Origin: an uncultured delta proteobacterium | GTDB lineage: Bacteria > Desulfobacterota > Desulfobacteria > Desulfobacterales > JAFDCJ01 | Length of the DNA: 64,000 bases | NCBI GenBank assembly: GCA_963769935.1 | Contig: CAVYNY010000034.1 | Location: 32,001 to 96,000 of the forward strand | Reading direction: 5' to 3' | Part shown: in pieces, positions 42,344-52,691 of the stretch | Layout: each line of letters begins with the position of its first letter | Position numbering within the stretch: position 1 is the stretch's first letter | Position numbers and translations under genes: made by a program | The notes under the pieces: generated by a model | Told to the model about the DNA's origin: nothing | What the model saw: only the letters and a program-made list of their open reading frames with translations | Databases searched by the model: none

Positions 42344-43693
42344 ATGAGTGATTCAATACTGGTTATCGGCGGCGGGATTGCCGGAATCAACTGTGCCATG
42401 AATGCTGCCAAGTACGGGACCAAAGTCTACCTGATCGACGATACGCCCAGTATCGGCGGAATGATGGCCCGTCTTGACAAGACCTTTCCCACCAACGACT
42501 GCTCCATCTGCATCGAAGCGCCCCAGATGTATGAAGTCGACAATCATGAAAATATAGAAATAATGACCAACACCGAGGTCCGCAAAGTCAAAAAGGTCAA
42601 CGGTACGTTTGAGGTCAAGCTGGTCAAAAAGGCCAGGTATGTCGATGAGGAGAAATGCACCGGCTGCGGCGCCTGCGTGGAAGCCTGCCCGGTAAGTGTA
42701 CCCGATGAAATGGACGGCAAAATCGGCGGAATGCGCAAACTGGTATCGATGGCCTTTCCCCAGGCCGTTCCCAACGTGGTGCGGGTCGATCCCAGTTGCC
42801 GATACGGTGAGATGCGCAAAGAAGGGGCCTGTATCGGCGGATGCGCCGTTGACTGCAGCCAATGCCGTGAATGCCCGATTGCCCTGTGTGTCAAGGCCTG
42901 CGAAAAGGAAGGTAAAAAAGCGATAACCTTATGGCAGTCAAACAAAAACGTAAGCCTCGATGTTAAAAGCATCGTGGTCGCGACCGGCATTAAGAATGCG
43001 CCCCCGGCGGGTGATTTGCTCGGTTATAATGTCTACGAGAATGTTATCACCAACACCGAATTTGAAAGACTCATGAATGCCGGCGGACCGACCTCGGGCC
43101 AAATCATCCGGCCTTCCGACAAGAAACATGCCAAGCAAATTGCCTGGATACAATGCGCCGGGCGCGGTCTGGGCGAGGGCAAGGGGACCCCATATTGTTC
43201 GAAGATCTGCTGCATGATTTCGACCAAGCAAACGATCATCACCAAGGAACACGATGAAACGGTGGAGACAACCATCTTCTACAATGACCTGAAGGCTTAC
43301 GGCAAAGGTTTCTGGGATTTTTACCGCAAGGCCAATGAAAACGGCGTCCGGTATGTCAGGGCCAGGCCTTATGAAGTGAGCGAAGATTCGGCAACCAAAA
43401 ATTTAATCCTGAAATATGAAGATCTGGCAACCGGTGAGCTGCGCCAACACGAAGTCGAGATGCTGGTGCTGGCCACCGGCGTCATTCCCAATGACCGCAA
43501 CAAAAAACTGGCCAAGGTCCTGAAACTGAAGTTGGATGAACTGGGCTATTTTAAAGAAAAGGATCCGCTGCTCTCACCGCTGGAGACCGGGATCGAGGGT
43601 ATTTATCTTTGCGGCGGTGCCACCGGGCCGATTGATATTGCGGAATCGGTGGTTCAGGCGACGGCGGCGAGTATGAAAGCCGTGTTGCATTGA
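42344..43693 (+). CDS. hdrA: Heterodisulfide reductase subunit A-like flavoprotein with ferredoxin insert
   Basis: GGGIAG, DKTFPTNDCSIC, CTGCGACVEACP, QCAGR...YCSKICC, GPIDIAESV. Confidence 0.9.
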   Translation: MSDSILVIGGGIAGINCAMNAAKYGTKVYLIDDTPSIGGMMARLDKTFPTNDCSICIEAPQMYEVDNHENIEIMTNTEVRKVKKVNGTFEVKLVKKARYVDEEKCTGCGACVEACPVSVPDEMDGKIGGMRKLVSMAFPQAVPNVVRVDPSCRYGEMRKEGACIGGCAVDCSQCRECPIALCVKACEKEGKKAITLWQSNKNVSLDVKSIVVATGIKNAPPAGDLLGYNVYENVITNTEFERLMNAGGPTSGQIIRPSDKKHAKQIAWIQCAGRGLGEGKGTPYCSKICCMISTKQTIITKEHDETVETTIFYNDLKAYGKGFWDFYRKANENGVRYVRARPYEVSEDSATKNLILKYEDLATGELRQHEVEMLVLATGVIPNDRNKKLAKVLKLKLDELGYFKEKDPLLSPLETGIEGIYLCGGATGPIDIAESVVQATAASMKAVLH

Positions 43694-43837
43694 ATATTGC
43701 AGATTGAAGAATGAAGATTGTTGGAAGTCGCGGTGCTCCGTCATTCTGATTTTTCTAAAACTGATTCGCCGGAGGCGGACCTTAAATATTCAGTATTCAG
43801 TATTCAATCTTCAATCTCTTTAGGTTAGGAAAATATC

Positions 43838-45907
43838 ATGGGTGATGAAGAAATCCGAATAGGAGTTTTTGTCTGTGACTGTGGTACGAACATCGCAGGG
43901 GTCGTGAATGTACCGGAAGTGGTGGCGTTTGCCAAAACGCTGAAAAACGTCGTCTTTGCCGATGAGGGCCGCTGGTCCTGTTCGGTGGACTATCTGGCCC
44001 GCATGAAAGAATTGATTCGGGAAAATCGGCTCAGCCGGATTGTCATCTCCGCCTGCACGCCCAGAACACATGAGCCCCTTTTTAAGCGCACCGCCAAAGA
44101 GGCCGGCGTCAATCCTTACCTGCTTGAATTTGTGAGCATCCGTGAACAGGTATCCTGGGTCCACATGAAGCAGCCGGAAATTGCCACGGAAAAAGCCAAG
44201 GATCTCATAAAAATGGGGGTGGCCAAGGCCGCCCTGTTGGAAGAGGGCCAGGAGATCAGGCTGCCGGTTAAAACCGATTGCCTGATCATCGGCGGCGGCA
44301 TGGCCGGCATGAATGCCGCATTGAGTGTGGCCAAGCAGGGATTTAATGCCGTTATCGTGGAAAAAGAACCTCAGCTGGGCGGCATTTTAAACCGGATTTG
44401 CTTCATTTCTCATGACAACCACAAAACCCCGGCGGTCAAAGTCGTCCAGGCCAAGGTGGCTGAGGTTCGGTCGAATCGCAACATCAAAATCTACACCGAT
44501 ACCACGATTGAATCGGTTAAGGGATATATCGGTAACTACAAAATAAAGCTGAAAGCCAACGGCAACGGCGCCATGGAAGCCCTTGACATCTCCACCGTCA
44601 TCGTAGCCACGGGGATGCAGGAACTCGAGCCGGAGGGCCAGTTTGAATACGGCAGCGATCCGCGGGTGATCACCCAGCTTCAACTGGACGGCCGACTGAA
44701 GGATAAGCAGATAGGCGATGTTAAAGATGTGGTGATGATAAACTGCGTCAATTCCAAGAATGAGATTCGCGGCTGCTGCAGCATCGGCTGCCACACCTCG
44801 GTTAAAAATGCTGTGGCCCTGAAGCGTCTACGCCCGGAGGCCGATGTTCACGTCTTATATCGTGATATGAGTCTGATCAAGGAAGAGGGGACCGCCCAGC
44901 AGGCCGCCAAGCGTCTGGGAATCAAATTCCTGCGGTTCCCGGACGATCGGTACCCCCGGGTGGTTAAAGATGACGACCAGCTTGCCGTTAAAGTTTTTGA
45001 TTTCCTGCTGGGCCGGGAATTTACAATTCCGGCCGACCTGCTGGTGTTGACAACGGCCTTCAAAGGCGACGATACCGTAGAACAGATCAAGGGGCACCTG
45101 AAAGTTTCCACCAATCCGGACGGCTTTTTCCAGGAATCGCATGTCAAACTGGGTCCACTGGAATTTGCCGCTGACGGTATCTCGCTCGGCGGCTGTGCCA
45201 AGGCGCCCATGACGTTTAAAGAAAGCTGCGAGGAAGGCATCGGGGCGGCCATGAAGGTCTCCATCCCCATGAAAAAAGGCTACATCGAAACCGAAGGCAT
45301 TGTGGCCGACATCGATCTGACGGATTGCAATCAGTGCGGACTGTGCTCAAAGCGCTGCCCTTACAGTGCCATCAAGGTGGACGCGGAAGAAAATCCCGAA
45401 GTCATCAAGGCCCTTTGCAAGGGCTGCGGCTTGTGTGCGGCGGATTGTCCCAAAGAGTGCATCAGCATCGTTCACTACTCCGACGAACAGGTTCTGGCCC
45501 AGGTGGAAGCCGCCCTGGAAGAAGCGCCTGAAAATAAAATAATTGCATTTGTCTGCCACTGGTGCGCGTTGGGCGGCGTGGACATGGCCGGCGTCAGTCG
45601 ACTGCAATATCCATCCAATGCGCGGTTGATCCGCGTGATGTGTTCCGCCCGGGTTTCAATGAAAATGATGCAGCGGCCGTTTGAACTGGGAGCTGCCGGG
45701 GTTCTGGTCGCCGGCTGTGAATTTCCGACCTGCCACTACATTACGGGCAATTACGCGGCCGAAAAGCGCGTGAACCGCACGAAGCGCAAAATTGCCAAAG
45801 CCGGCTTCGATCCGGATAAACTCTGGAATATCTGGTGTTCGGCCGCCGACGGCCCCAAGTTTGCGAATACCATGCGGGATATGACCAGAGAACTTGGATT
45901 GAAGTGA
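43838..45907 (+). CDS. HdrA-like protein fused to an MvhD/FlpD [2Fe-2S] domain
   Basis: GVFVCDCGTNI, ACTPRTHE, GGGMAG, two CxxCxxCxxxCP motifs, then FVCHWC, RVMCSARV, GC...CHY. Confidence 0.9.
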   Translation: MGDEEIRIGVFVCDCGTNIAGVVNVPEVVAFAKTLKNVVFADEGRWSCSVDYLARMKELIRENRLSRIVISACTPRTHEPLFKRTAKEAGVNPYLLEFVSIREQVSWVHMKQPEIATEKAKDLIKMGVAKAALLEEGQEIRLPVKTDCLIIGGGMAGMNAALSVAKQGFNAVIVEKEPQLGGILNRICFISHDNHKTPAVKVVQAKVAEVRSNRNIKIYTDTTIESVKGYIGNYKIKLKANGNGAMEALDISTVIVATGMQELEPEGQFEYGSDPRVITQLQLDGRLKDKQIGDVKDVVMINCVNSKNEIRGCCSIGCHTSVKNAVALKRLRPEADVHVLYRDMSLIKEEGTAQQAAKRLGIKFLRFPDDRYPRVVKDDDQLAVKVFDFLLGREFTIPADLLVLTTAFKGDDTVEQIKGHLKVSTNPDGFFQESHVKLGPLEFAADGISLGGCAKAPMTFKESCEEGIGAAMKVSIPMKKGYIETEGIVADIDLTDCNQCGLCSKRCPYSAIKVDAEENPEVIKALCKGCGLCAADCPKECISIVHYSDEQVLAQVEAALEEAPENKIIAFVCHWCALGGVDMAGVSRLQYPSNARLIRVMCSARVSMKMMQRPFELGAAGVLVAGCEFPTCHYITGNYAAEKRVNRTKRKIAKAGFDPDKLWNIWCSAADGPKFANTMRDMTRELGLK

Positions 45908-46222
45908 AGTTAATAGTTATTGGTTATTAGTTATTTGCAGGCCTCGTTCTTCGGGGATTCCCGGCAGTTGTAATTGGATTGTGGGAGCGGTTTGCAACCG
46001 CGAATAAAGCGATAGCATTCCTCAATTTTATGAAAGATTTTTTTATCACGAAAACACGAAATCTAGAAATCACGAAAATTATCTTTTATGCTTTTCGTGT
46101 TTTCGCCTTCGTAGAATTCTCTTTTTTGGTTCTCCGCTTATTCGGGATTTATGCTTTACTCCAACCGGCTTGTCCGGGTTAAGCGTTCCCTATCGGCAAG
46201 TGCGCTGAAAGGCTAAGTTTCT

Positions 46223-48023
46223 ATGACAAACACGGAAAGATTCGCAGAGAGGTTTAACCAAATAGAGATGTTCCGATACTGCGAGCAGTGCGGGCGCTGC
46301 AGTTCGGCCTGTCCGATTACCGGTATCAACGGGTTTAATATTCGACGATTGGTCCGGCACGTCGAACTGGATTTGATCGACGAAATTGCCGCCTCCCCGA
46401 TGCCCTGGTTTTGCGCCACGTGCGGACGGTGCGAGGACGCCTGCCCCAATGGGATAAAAATTCTGGATATAACCCGAACGCTTCGCAGCGTCGGGCCTGG
46501 GGAACTGGTTCCCGAAAGACCTTTGTGTGTCAATGCCTGCCCGGCCGGTATCGATATTCCCGGCTATTTAAGATGCATCGCGCAGGGTAATATGGATGAG
46601 GCCTGCCGATTAATCATCGAAAAAGCCCCTTTTCCGGGAATCCTGGGCCGGGTCTGCACCCATCCCTGCGAGACCGCCTGCAAGCGCGGTGAAGTCAACC
46701 AGCCCATCGCCATCTGTGCGGCCAAAAGGTATGCAGCTGATAAAGCCGGCGATTTGACCGGCTGGATGTCCCAGACAGCACCCGACAGCGGGCATAAGGT
46801 GGCGGTGATCGGCGCCGGTCCGGCCGGCTTGACCGCTGCCTTTTTTCTGAAAAAAAAGGGTCACCAGGTTACCATCTTAGAAGCCCGGCCCAAAGCGGGC
46901 GGTATGCTGCGCTATGGGATTCCTTATTACCGGCTGCCCGCCGAGATCTTAGATAAAGAAATCGATCAGATTTTAAGCACCGGTATCGAACTGAAGCCGA
47001 ACCTGAAGCTGGGCGTCGATTATGAAATCGAGCAGTTAAAAAATGACGGCTTTGAAGCCGTTTTCATCGCTGTGGGCGCCCAGCTGAGCCGCAGGATCGA
47101 ACTGGAAGGATCCGACCTGCCGGAGGTTCATTGGGGGGTTGAGTTTTTAGCAGCTGTGTCGGAAGGCGAAAATGTTCCGGTCAAAGGCCGGATCGTCGTT
47201 ATCGGCGGCGGCAACGTGGCGGTGGATGTAGCGCTCACGGCCATCCGGCTTGGGGCGAAAAATGTAACGCTTGCCTGTCTGGAAAGCGAGGAGCAAATGC
47301 CGGCCAATCCCTGGGAAATCGAACAGGCCCGCGAAGAAGGGCGTGGAGATGCTGTACTCCTGGGGGCCTGCGCGGATCATGGCAAACGGCGGCAAGGTCA
47401 GCGGACTCGAACTGGTGCGCTGCACATCGGTTTTTGACGAGCAGGGCAAATTTTGTCCTTATTTCGATGACGCCAAGACCACCGTAGCGGCGGATCAGGT
47501 TATTTTAGCCATCGGCCAGGCCAGCGAGACGGCCTTTTGCAAAGATTTTTGTTTTCTCGATGATCAGCAATCCCTGCCGGTTGAAAAAGGGTTGATAGCC
47601 GTTGACAAAAAAACCCAGGAGACCGCAATAAAAGGCGTCTTTGCCGGCGGTGATGCGGCCAACGGCCCGGCGACGGTGATCGAAGCCATTGCCGCCGGCC
47701 GTCGGGCGGCGGTTTCGATCGATAAGTACTTGGGCGGAAACGGCGTATTGGAAGTGGGAAGTTGGAAAGCGGAAGGCGGAAGTGAAGGAAGTGCGAATGC
47801 GGAAGCCGGAAGTTCTGGGTGTGGAAATGGTTATGACGGCAGGAGAGAAGCAAGATTTGCAGATTTGAAAAGGGTTGATGCGCCGACCCTGCCGGTTGCA
47901 GAAAGAAACGGCGGTTTTGGTGAGGTGGAGCTTTGTTTCCGCGACGAACAGGCGCTGGAAGAAACCCGTCGTTGCCTGCAGTGCGACCTGGAAATATGCC
48001 TGGCAAAAGCCAAACGATCTTAA
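46223..48023 (+). CDS. HdrC-like Fe-S domain fused to a GltD/NfnB-like NAD(P)H:FAD oxidoreductase (extra G at 47339-47341)
   Basis: CEQCGRCSSACP, CATCGRCEDACP; CVNACP, GRVCTHPCE..C, GAGPAG, GGGNVAVD; shifted frame EEGVEM...FAGGD...RCLQCD. Confidence 0.88.
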
Positions 48024-48482
48024 ACCCTGTCGATGGCATTGAACCGGGATGTTCGAGAATTGGGCTGCTGGAGTGTTGGCTGAGATTTAAACCGATACGA
48101 TCGGCACAAGAGATCCCCTGCCGGATAGCCTGGAGGGCATGCGGCTGGTATGATCGACGGTACGTTAATAGGCAAGCCGGGCAATAACAGACTGGAAAAA
48201 ATTTATTTTCTGCAGTTCAAGCCCTGCCCAGACGATACCGGCAATCCAACCGGCGAATATGGTGACTCGCAATAGTTTTCGCATAACGCCAATATGCCTG
48301 AGCAAAAAACATGCAAGCAAACGGCTTGCGCACGATATTTTTTTGTGATGGAATTACAGAAACTTATCGAGCTTACGAAAAACCCCTCCTGATTCATTGT
48401 GAAAAATAGTAGCGAATTATTCTGAAATTGATTTCACAGTGTGAAAAATTGGTAAGGGTTTACAGGTTTTATTTTTCCTTTA

Positions 48483-49682
48483 TTACGGTCTTGTCAGCAA
48501 ATCGCCGGCATGCCGCAACGCCTCTTCCAATTTATCCACTGCCGGACCGCCGCCCTGGGCCTGCTGGGGCCGGCCGCCGCCGTGCCCGTTGATGACTGCA
48601 CAGGCGGCCTGCATCAGCTTTCCCATGTCCATGTCAAGCGCTTCTGAACGCAGAAATACCAGGGAGGCCTTGCCGCGGGTTTTGCCGCCGAACAAAATGA
48701 CGGCGTTGGGAAGATTTTCCAGCACTGACTGCGCCAATATTTTTAATTCCTGCGGATCACGGTTTTCAAAAATTTTCTCGACGACATTGATATTGTCAAG
48801 TTTCCGGCATTCGGCGATCAATGCTTTCGATTCATAATCCAAAAATTGCTTTTTCAAGCGGTTGTGCTCCCAGCGCAATTGTTTCAGCTCGTCCTGGATT
48901 TTTTGGATATTCCTGGCAAGGTCGCCTTCACCGGAACTTAAGGAATCTCCGAGCTGCCTTAAGATTGCCGTTTTGTTTTGGTAATCCTTGCAGGCCCTGA
49001 ATCCGCACAGAAAATGAATCCGGCTGCCGCCTTTATAGTTTTCATGGCGTCTGATTTTGATGATGCCGATCTCTCCGGTTCGTGAACAGTGGGTTCCGCC
49101 GCAGGGGGAATAATCAAAGTCTTTAATTTCAATAATTCGGATATTTTCTTCAACCGACGGCGGCTTTCTGATCGGAAACCGGTGCAGTTCGTCCTTGGCG
49201 ACGATGTGAAATTCGACCTGCCGGTCCTCGCAAATAATGCGATTGGCCAGGTCCTCAACGGCTGTTATAGTTTCGCTGCCGAGTCCGGCTTGATCGACAT
49301 CCAGGGTGGCGCTTTCATCTCCCAGATGAAAGGAGAGCGTTGCGGCCCGGCAGATCTTGATAAACGCCTGGGACAGCAAGTGCTGCCCTGTATGCTGCTG
49401 CATGTGGTCAAATCGCCTCCGCCAGTCAACCCGTCCCTCAACATCAGGTCCGGCAACCGGACTTTGCAGCAGATGGACCACCCGCCGCCGGTCGTCTTCA
49501 AAAACATCGACAACCTGTATATCATTCAAGGTTCCGGTGTCATGCGGCTGCCCGCCGGAGGTCGGGTAAAACAGGGTTTGTTCGAGAACGACCGCCGGTC
49601 TTCCGTCGATCTCGGTCTGTTCGGTCACTTTGGCAGTAAAATTCTGCCGATACTGATCTTCAAGGTAAAGTTTTACTGTCAT
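48483..49682 (-). CDS. Alanyl-tRNA editing protein, AlaX-L type with DHHA1 domain
   Basis: FYPTSGGQPHD, HMQQHTGQH, CGGTH, GHGGGRPQQAQGGG. Confidence 0.9.
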   Translation of the reverse strand: MTVKLYLEDQYRQNFTAKVTEQTEIDGRPAVVLEQTLFYPTSGGQPHDTGTLNDIQVVDVFEDDRRRVVHLLQSPVAGPDVEGRVDWRRRFDHMQQHTGQHLLSQAFIKICRAATLSFHLGDESATLDVDQAGLGSETITAVEDLANRIICEDRQVEFHIVAKDELHRFPIRKPPSVEENIRIIEIKDFDYSPCGGTHCSRTGEIGIIKIRRHENYKGGSRIHFLCGFRACKDYQNKTAILRQLGDSLSSGEGDLARNIQKIQDELKQLRWEHNRLKKQFLDYESKALIAECRKLDNINVVEKIFENRDPQELKILAQSVLENLPNAVILFGGKTRGKASLVFLRSEALDMDMGKLMQAACAVINGHGGGRPQQAQGGGPAVDKLEEALRHAGDLLTRP

Positions 49683-49789
49683 CGCATCATTTTCCGTTTG
49701 ATTTAAAACCTGTTTTCACCAGGCGCCAAAAGCGTCGAGAAGCTTTCGGTGAACCGCAAGCTGGGTCTGAACAGCGACGATCGCTCATA

Positions 49790-50692
49790 TCATTTTTCAA
49801 GGTACAGTTCCCGCAGGATTTTCTGGCCGGCAGCCTCGATACCCAAAGCGTTTGAAAAATAGCTCTCAATTGTCCCGTATCGGCTCTTCATTTCGTCGAA
49901 TGCTGCATCGAGATACTTTGTCTTCACGCCGAAGAGGGCTTGGGGAATCGACGGGTCGCCGCCCGCCGCGACAAACGCTTGAATCTCCTGCCGGTAGGCG
50001 GGAATAATATGGTCGTTGCTGCTCAGGTAATCCGCCATGACCGTTTCTTGCGGTACGCCGAGCAACGTGAGCAGCGCCGCTGCTCCCCATCCGGTCCGAT
50101 CCTTTCCTGCCGTGCAATGGAAGAGTGCCGGAAGCTGGTCCGGATTGCCGAGTGACAGCAACATCTCGCGATAGGCACTCTTCGCGCTCGGGAGAGATAC
50201 AAAATCCCGATAAACCTGCGTCAACATTGCCTCCATCTTACCGCCACCCAATACGTCGTTGGCCTTCTTCGGCGCCTGCATTAGGGCCGACACCTGCGTC
50301 GGATCGAACGCCGTATCGGCCAGCACGTTCAGCAAGTGGTATTTGGTCCCGGGAGGAATTTCGTCGGGTTTGGCCTTCACTTCTCCGTCGGTGCGCAGGT
50401 CGAAATCGTTCTTCAGCCTAAGCAGGGCGATCTTCTCCAAGTCGTCCGGACTGATAGAATTCAGCTGGCTGGAGCGGTACACCAGCCGGCGCCGCACCAC
50501 CGCGCCGCTGGAAGTCAGGTAACCGCCGAGGTCCCGCAGGTTCGGCACGGAAGCGATACCGAGGTTCTGGCCGGGTGCCGGCGCCGTTTCACGGTCAGAT
50601 AGCGACTGCTTGGCCGTCTGTTGGGTACAATCGGTAAACAAAGCCGAGGAAAGAACAACGGCAGCGAGGCGGCTTAGCGATGTGGAATTCAT
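49790..50692 (-). CDS. Exported tyrosine-protein phosphatase family protein
   Basis: NLRDLGGY, FDLRT, HCTAGKDRTG P-loop; N-terminal signal. Confidence 0.88.
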   Translation of the reverse strand: MNSTSLSRLAAVVLSSALFTDCTQQTAKQSLSDRETAPAPGQNLGIASVPNLRDLGGYLTSSGAVVRRRLVYRSSQLNSISPDDLEKIALLRLKNDFDLRTDGEVKAKPDEIPPGTKYHLLNVLADTAFDPTQVSALMQAPKKANDVLGGGKMEAMLTQVYRDFVSLPSAKSAYREMLLSLGNPDQLPALFHCTAGKDRTGWGAAALLTLLGVPQETVMADYLSSNDHIIPAYRQEIQAFVAAGGDPSIPQALFGVKTKYLDAAFDEMKSRYGTIESYFSNALGIEAAGQKILRELYLEK

Positions 50693-51665
50693 AAATGGGT
50701 TTCCTCTTTCGTTCGTGTTCGTTTCGATCGGTGAACGGGCAGCTATCATTGGTATTGAATAGACGTCTCGTTTTTATCTTTTGTGTTAATGTTAAAGAGA
50801 CATCTTGTTAACAACCCTTATAAGGATAAAAAAATAGCGATTTGCGACCTCCCGTCTAATTTGTATAACATAATCTTAAAAGGATCTGCAATTTTTTAAT
50901 ATTGTCACCGACGGCTGTAGACCCCAAAACCAAACGCGTTAGATTTTCCTATCTATAATCTTTATTCAATTTTATGCGAAACTGCCAGGATGATGGTGTT
51001 AAAGGACGGAAATATGGTCGGCCTACATTACATTTGGATAAAATCAGGGAAGCTGGGGCGCTAAGATGGATTTAGGGTCTTTACCGGTTGCAGGTTGATC
51101 TTTTTGCTGTGATCACTCTGTTTTGTTGGGGATACAATTTGGACCTATTCCCGGGTAAATAAAAACTACTTTAAAATCCCTTTTTTCGCTATCGTAGCGA
51201 TGGAAATTAATGCTATTCCTATTAATATCATTAATGGAGGTTCAGGCATTTGAAATCATCCCTTCGATTTACGATGTTAAGTTTTTTGGAATGAAGATAG
51301 CTGTAACAAATTAGGTGGTTATTAAAGATGTGCTAGAAATGAATGAATTCGAAGAGATTTTAGATGCGGTATTTTGGAGTAACTCTTGTATCGGCAACAA
51401 GTTGTCAAATCGAAATCAATAAATCAGGGCAAATCCAGGCTTCCGGATTCGCCCTCTATCATTTGGATATTATTTTGATATCAAACTGAATTTTAGCTGC
51501 CTGATATCTTGGTCATCATAGCAGAAAGCACCGCCGGAGACCAGGGAGCCTGGAACGATGATATCACAAATTTTTTAAGGGTACTGATATTTCCAACTTT
51601 GTTGGAGGTATCTGGACAGACAAAACAAACTTGGTTTGTGCAACTAAAATAGCAAAAAATTTTGC

Positions 51666-52340
51666 TTATGAGCTTTCAGCACGATCACAATGACATGATT
51701 CACCGCGAGATTTTTCAAACGCTTCTCGTCCTTCCCGGAATGAGAAAATGGCTATAAGGACAGCCCCTATTGAATCAATGCCTCCTATACCGGTTATTTC
51801 ATACCCCACACTGGCTAAGAGTAGGATAAGAGAGAGATAGAGACAGGTTTTAGTACAGTTGGCATCTTCCAAAATAGCATCGGAATTGAGTTGTCTTCCC
51901 ACCTTAACCTTAAAGTGGATCAACGCCCACATCGTGAAAATGGATATCAATGCAATAACAATTCCCCAAAAAGTGGTTTCCGGCCGATGCCCCTGGTAAA
52001 TATTGATGGCGGCAGTGACGGTCAAGCCAGCGGCTAATAGATAAAATGAAATGCCTGTGATTTGAAGCGCTGTTTTTTCAAATGCGCCCGTGTGGGCATC
52101 CATGTCGTTACGTATTCGCCGAACCATATACCAAACACCGATACCGGACACCACCTCAACAAAGGAATCGATTCCAAAACCTAATAAAGAAATCGTCTTA
52201 TCCTCCGCACCGAAAAATACCGATACCACGCCCTCTACAAGATTATAAAATACGGTGATCTGAGCGAGTAACGACGCTCTCTTGTATAAATTTTGCTTCA
52301 CTTGAGTGACTTCGTCGGCTGATGTAGCAGGAATTTTCAT
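51666..52340 (-). CDS. Cation efflux (CDF-like) transmembrane protein
   Basis: YNLVEG, GFGIDSFVE, DANCT, REGRE; ~6 TM segments. Confidence 0.8.
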   Translation of the reverse strand: MKIPATSADEVTQVKQNLYKRASLLAQITVFYNLVEGVVSVFFGAEDKTISLLGFGIDSFVEVVSGIGVWYMVRRIRNDMDAHTGAFEKTALQITGISFYLLAAGLTVTAAINIYQGHRPETTFWGIVIALISIFTMWALIHFKVKVGRQLNSDAILEDANCTKTCLYLSLILLLASVGYEITGIGGIDSIGAVLIAIFSFREGREAFEKSRGESCHCDRAESS

Positions 52341-52691
52341 TTAGTGTAGTCTTTTTATATTTTATTAAGTACAGATATATTGAGACTATCCCGTTTCGAC
52401 AACCCTTGTGATATTCGATGATTCAGCCGCTAATTTGCCCGAGGTCCGGAAACAGATTTCTTGCCACTATATCCAGCCAGCAATTATTATGGATACAATT
52501 CGTATATCACCTGGTTTAAAAAAATGTCAAAAATTGCTGCGTAATTTAATTGGTTCAATCTATTAACGTAGAAGATCGGTTTTAATTAATCGATTCTGTA
52601 CGCCACTGCAAAAGAACGCGCTCTTCAATTTCAATATTTGCAAAGTCCCTTTTTTTTCGATCTCTTTAATAAATCGGCGAACCCCCATACG

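Noticed and set aside
42344..45907. Calling these genes qmoA/qmoB
   Set aside because: No qmoC or aprAB nearby; the FPTNDCSIC motif and ferredoxin insert fit HdrA/BamE-type proteins better.
47335..47345. Programmed ribosomal frameshift in the HdrC-GltD gene
   Set aside because: No canonical slippery heptamer; a single extra G, as at the other indel sites, explains it.
48300..48320. Sigma54-like site on the minus strand (TTGCAT-N5-TTGCT)
   Set aside because: Lacks the invariant GG at -24 and has no suitably placed downstream gene.
50760..51660. AT-rich 900-bp gap as an ncRNA or gene
   Set aside because: Only short broken frames and no recognisable RNA structure or family signature.
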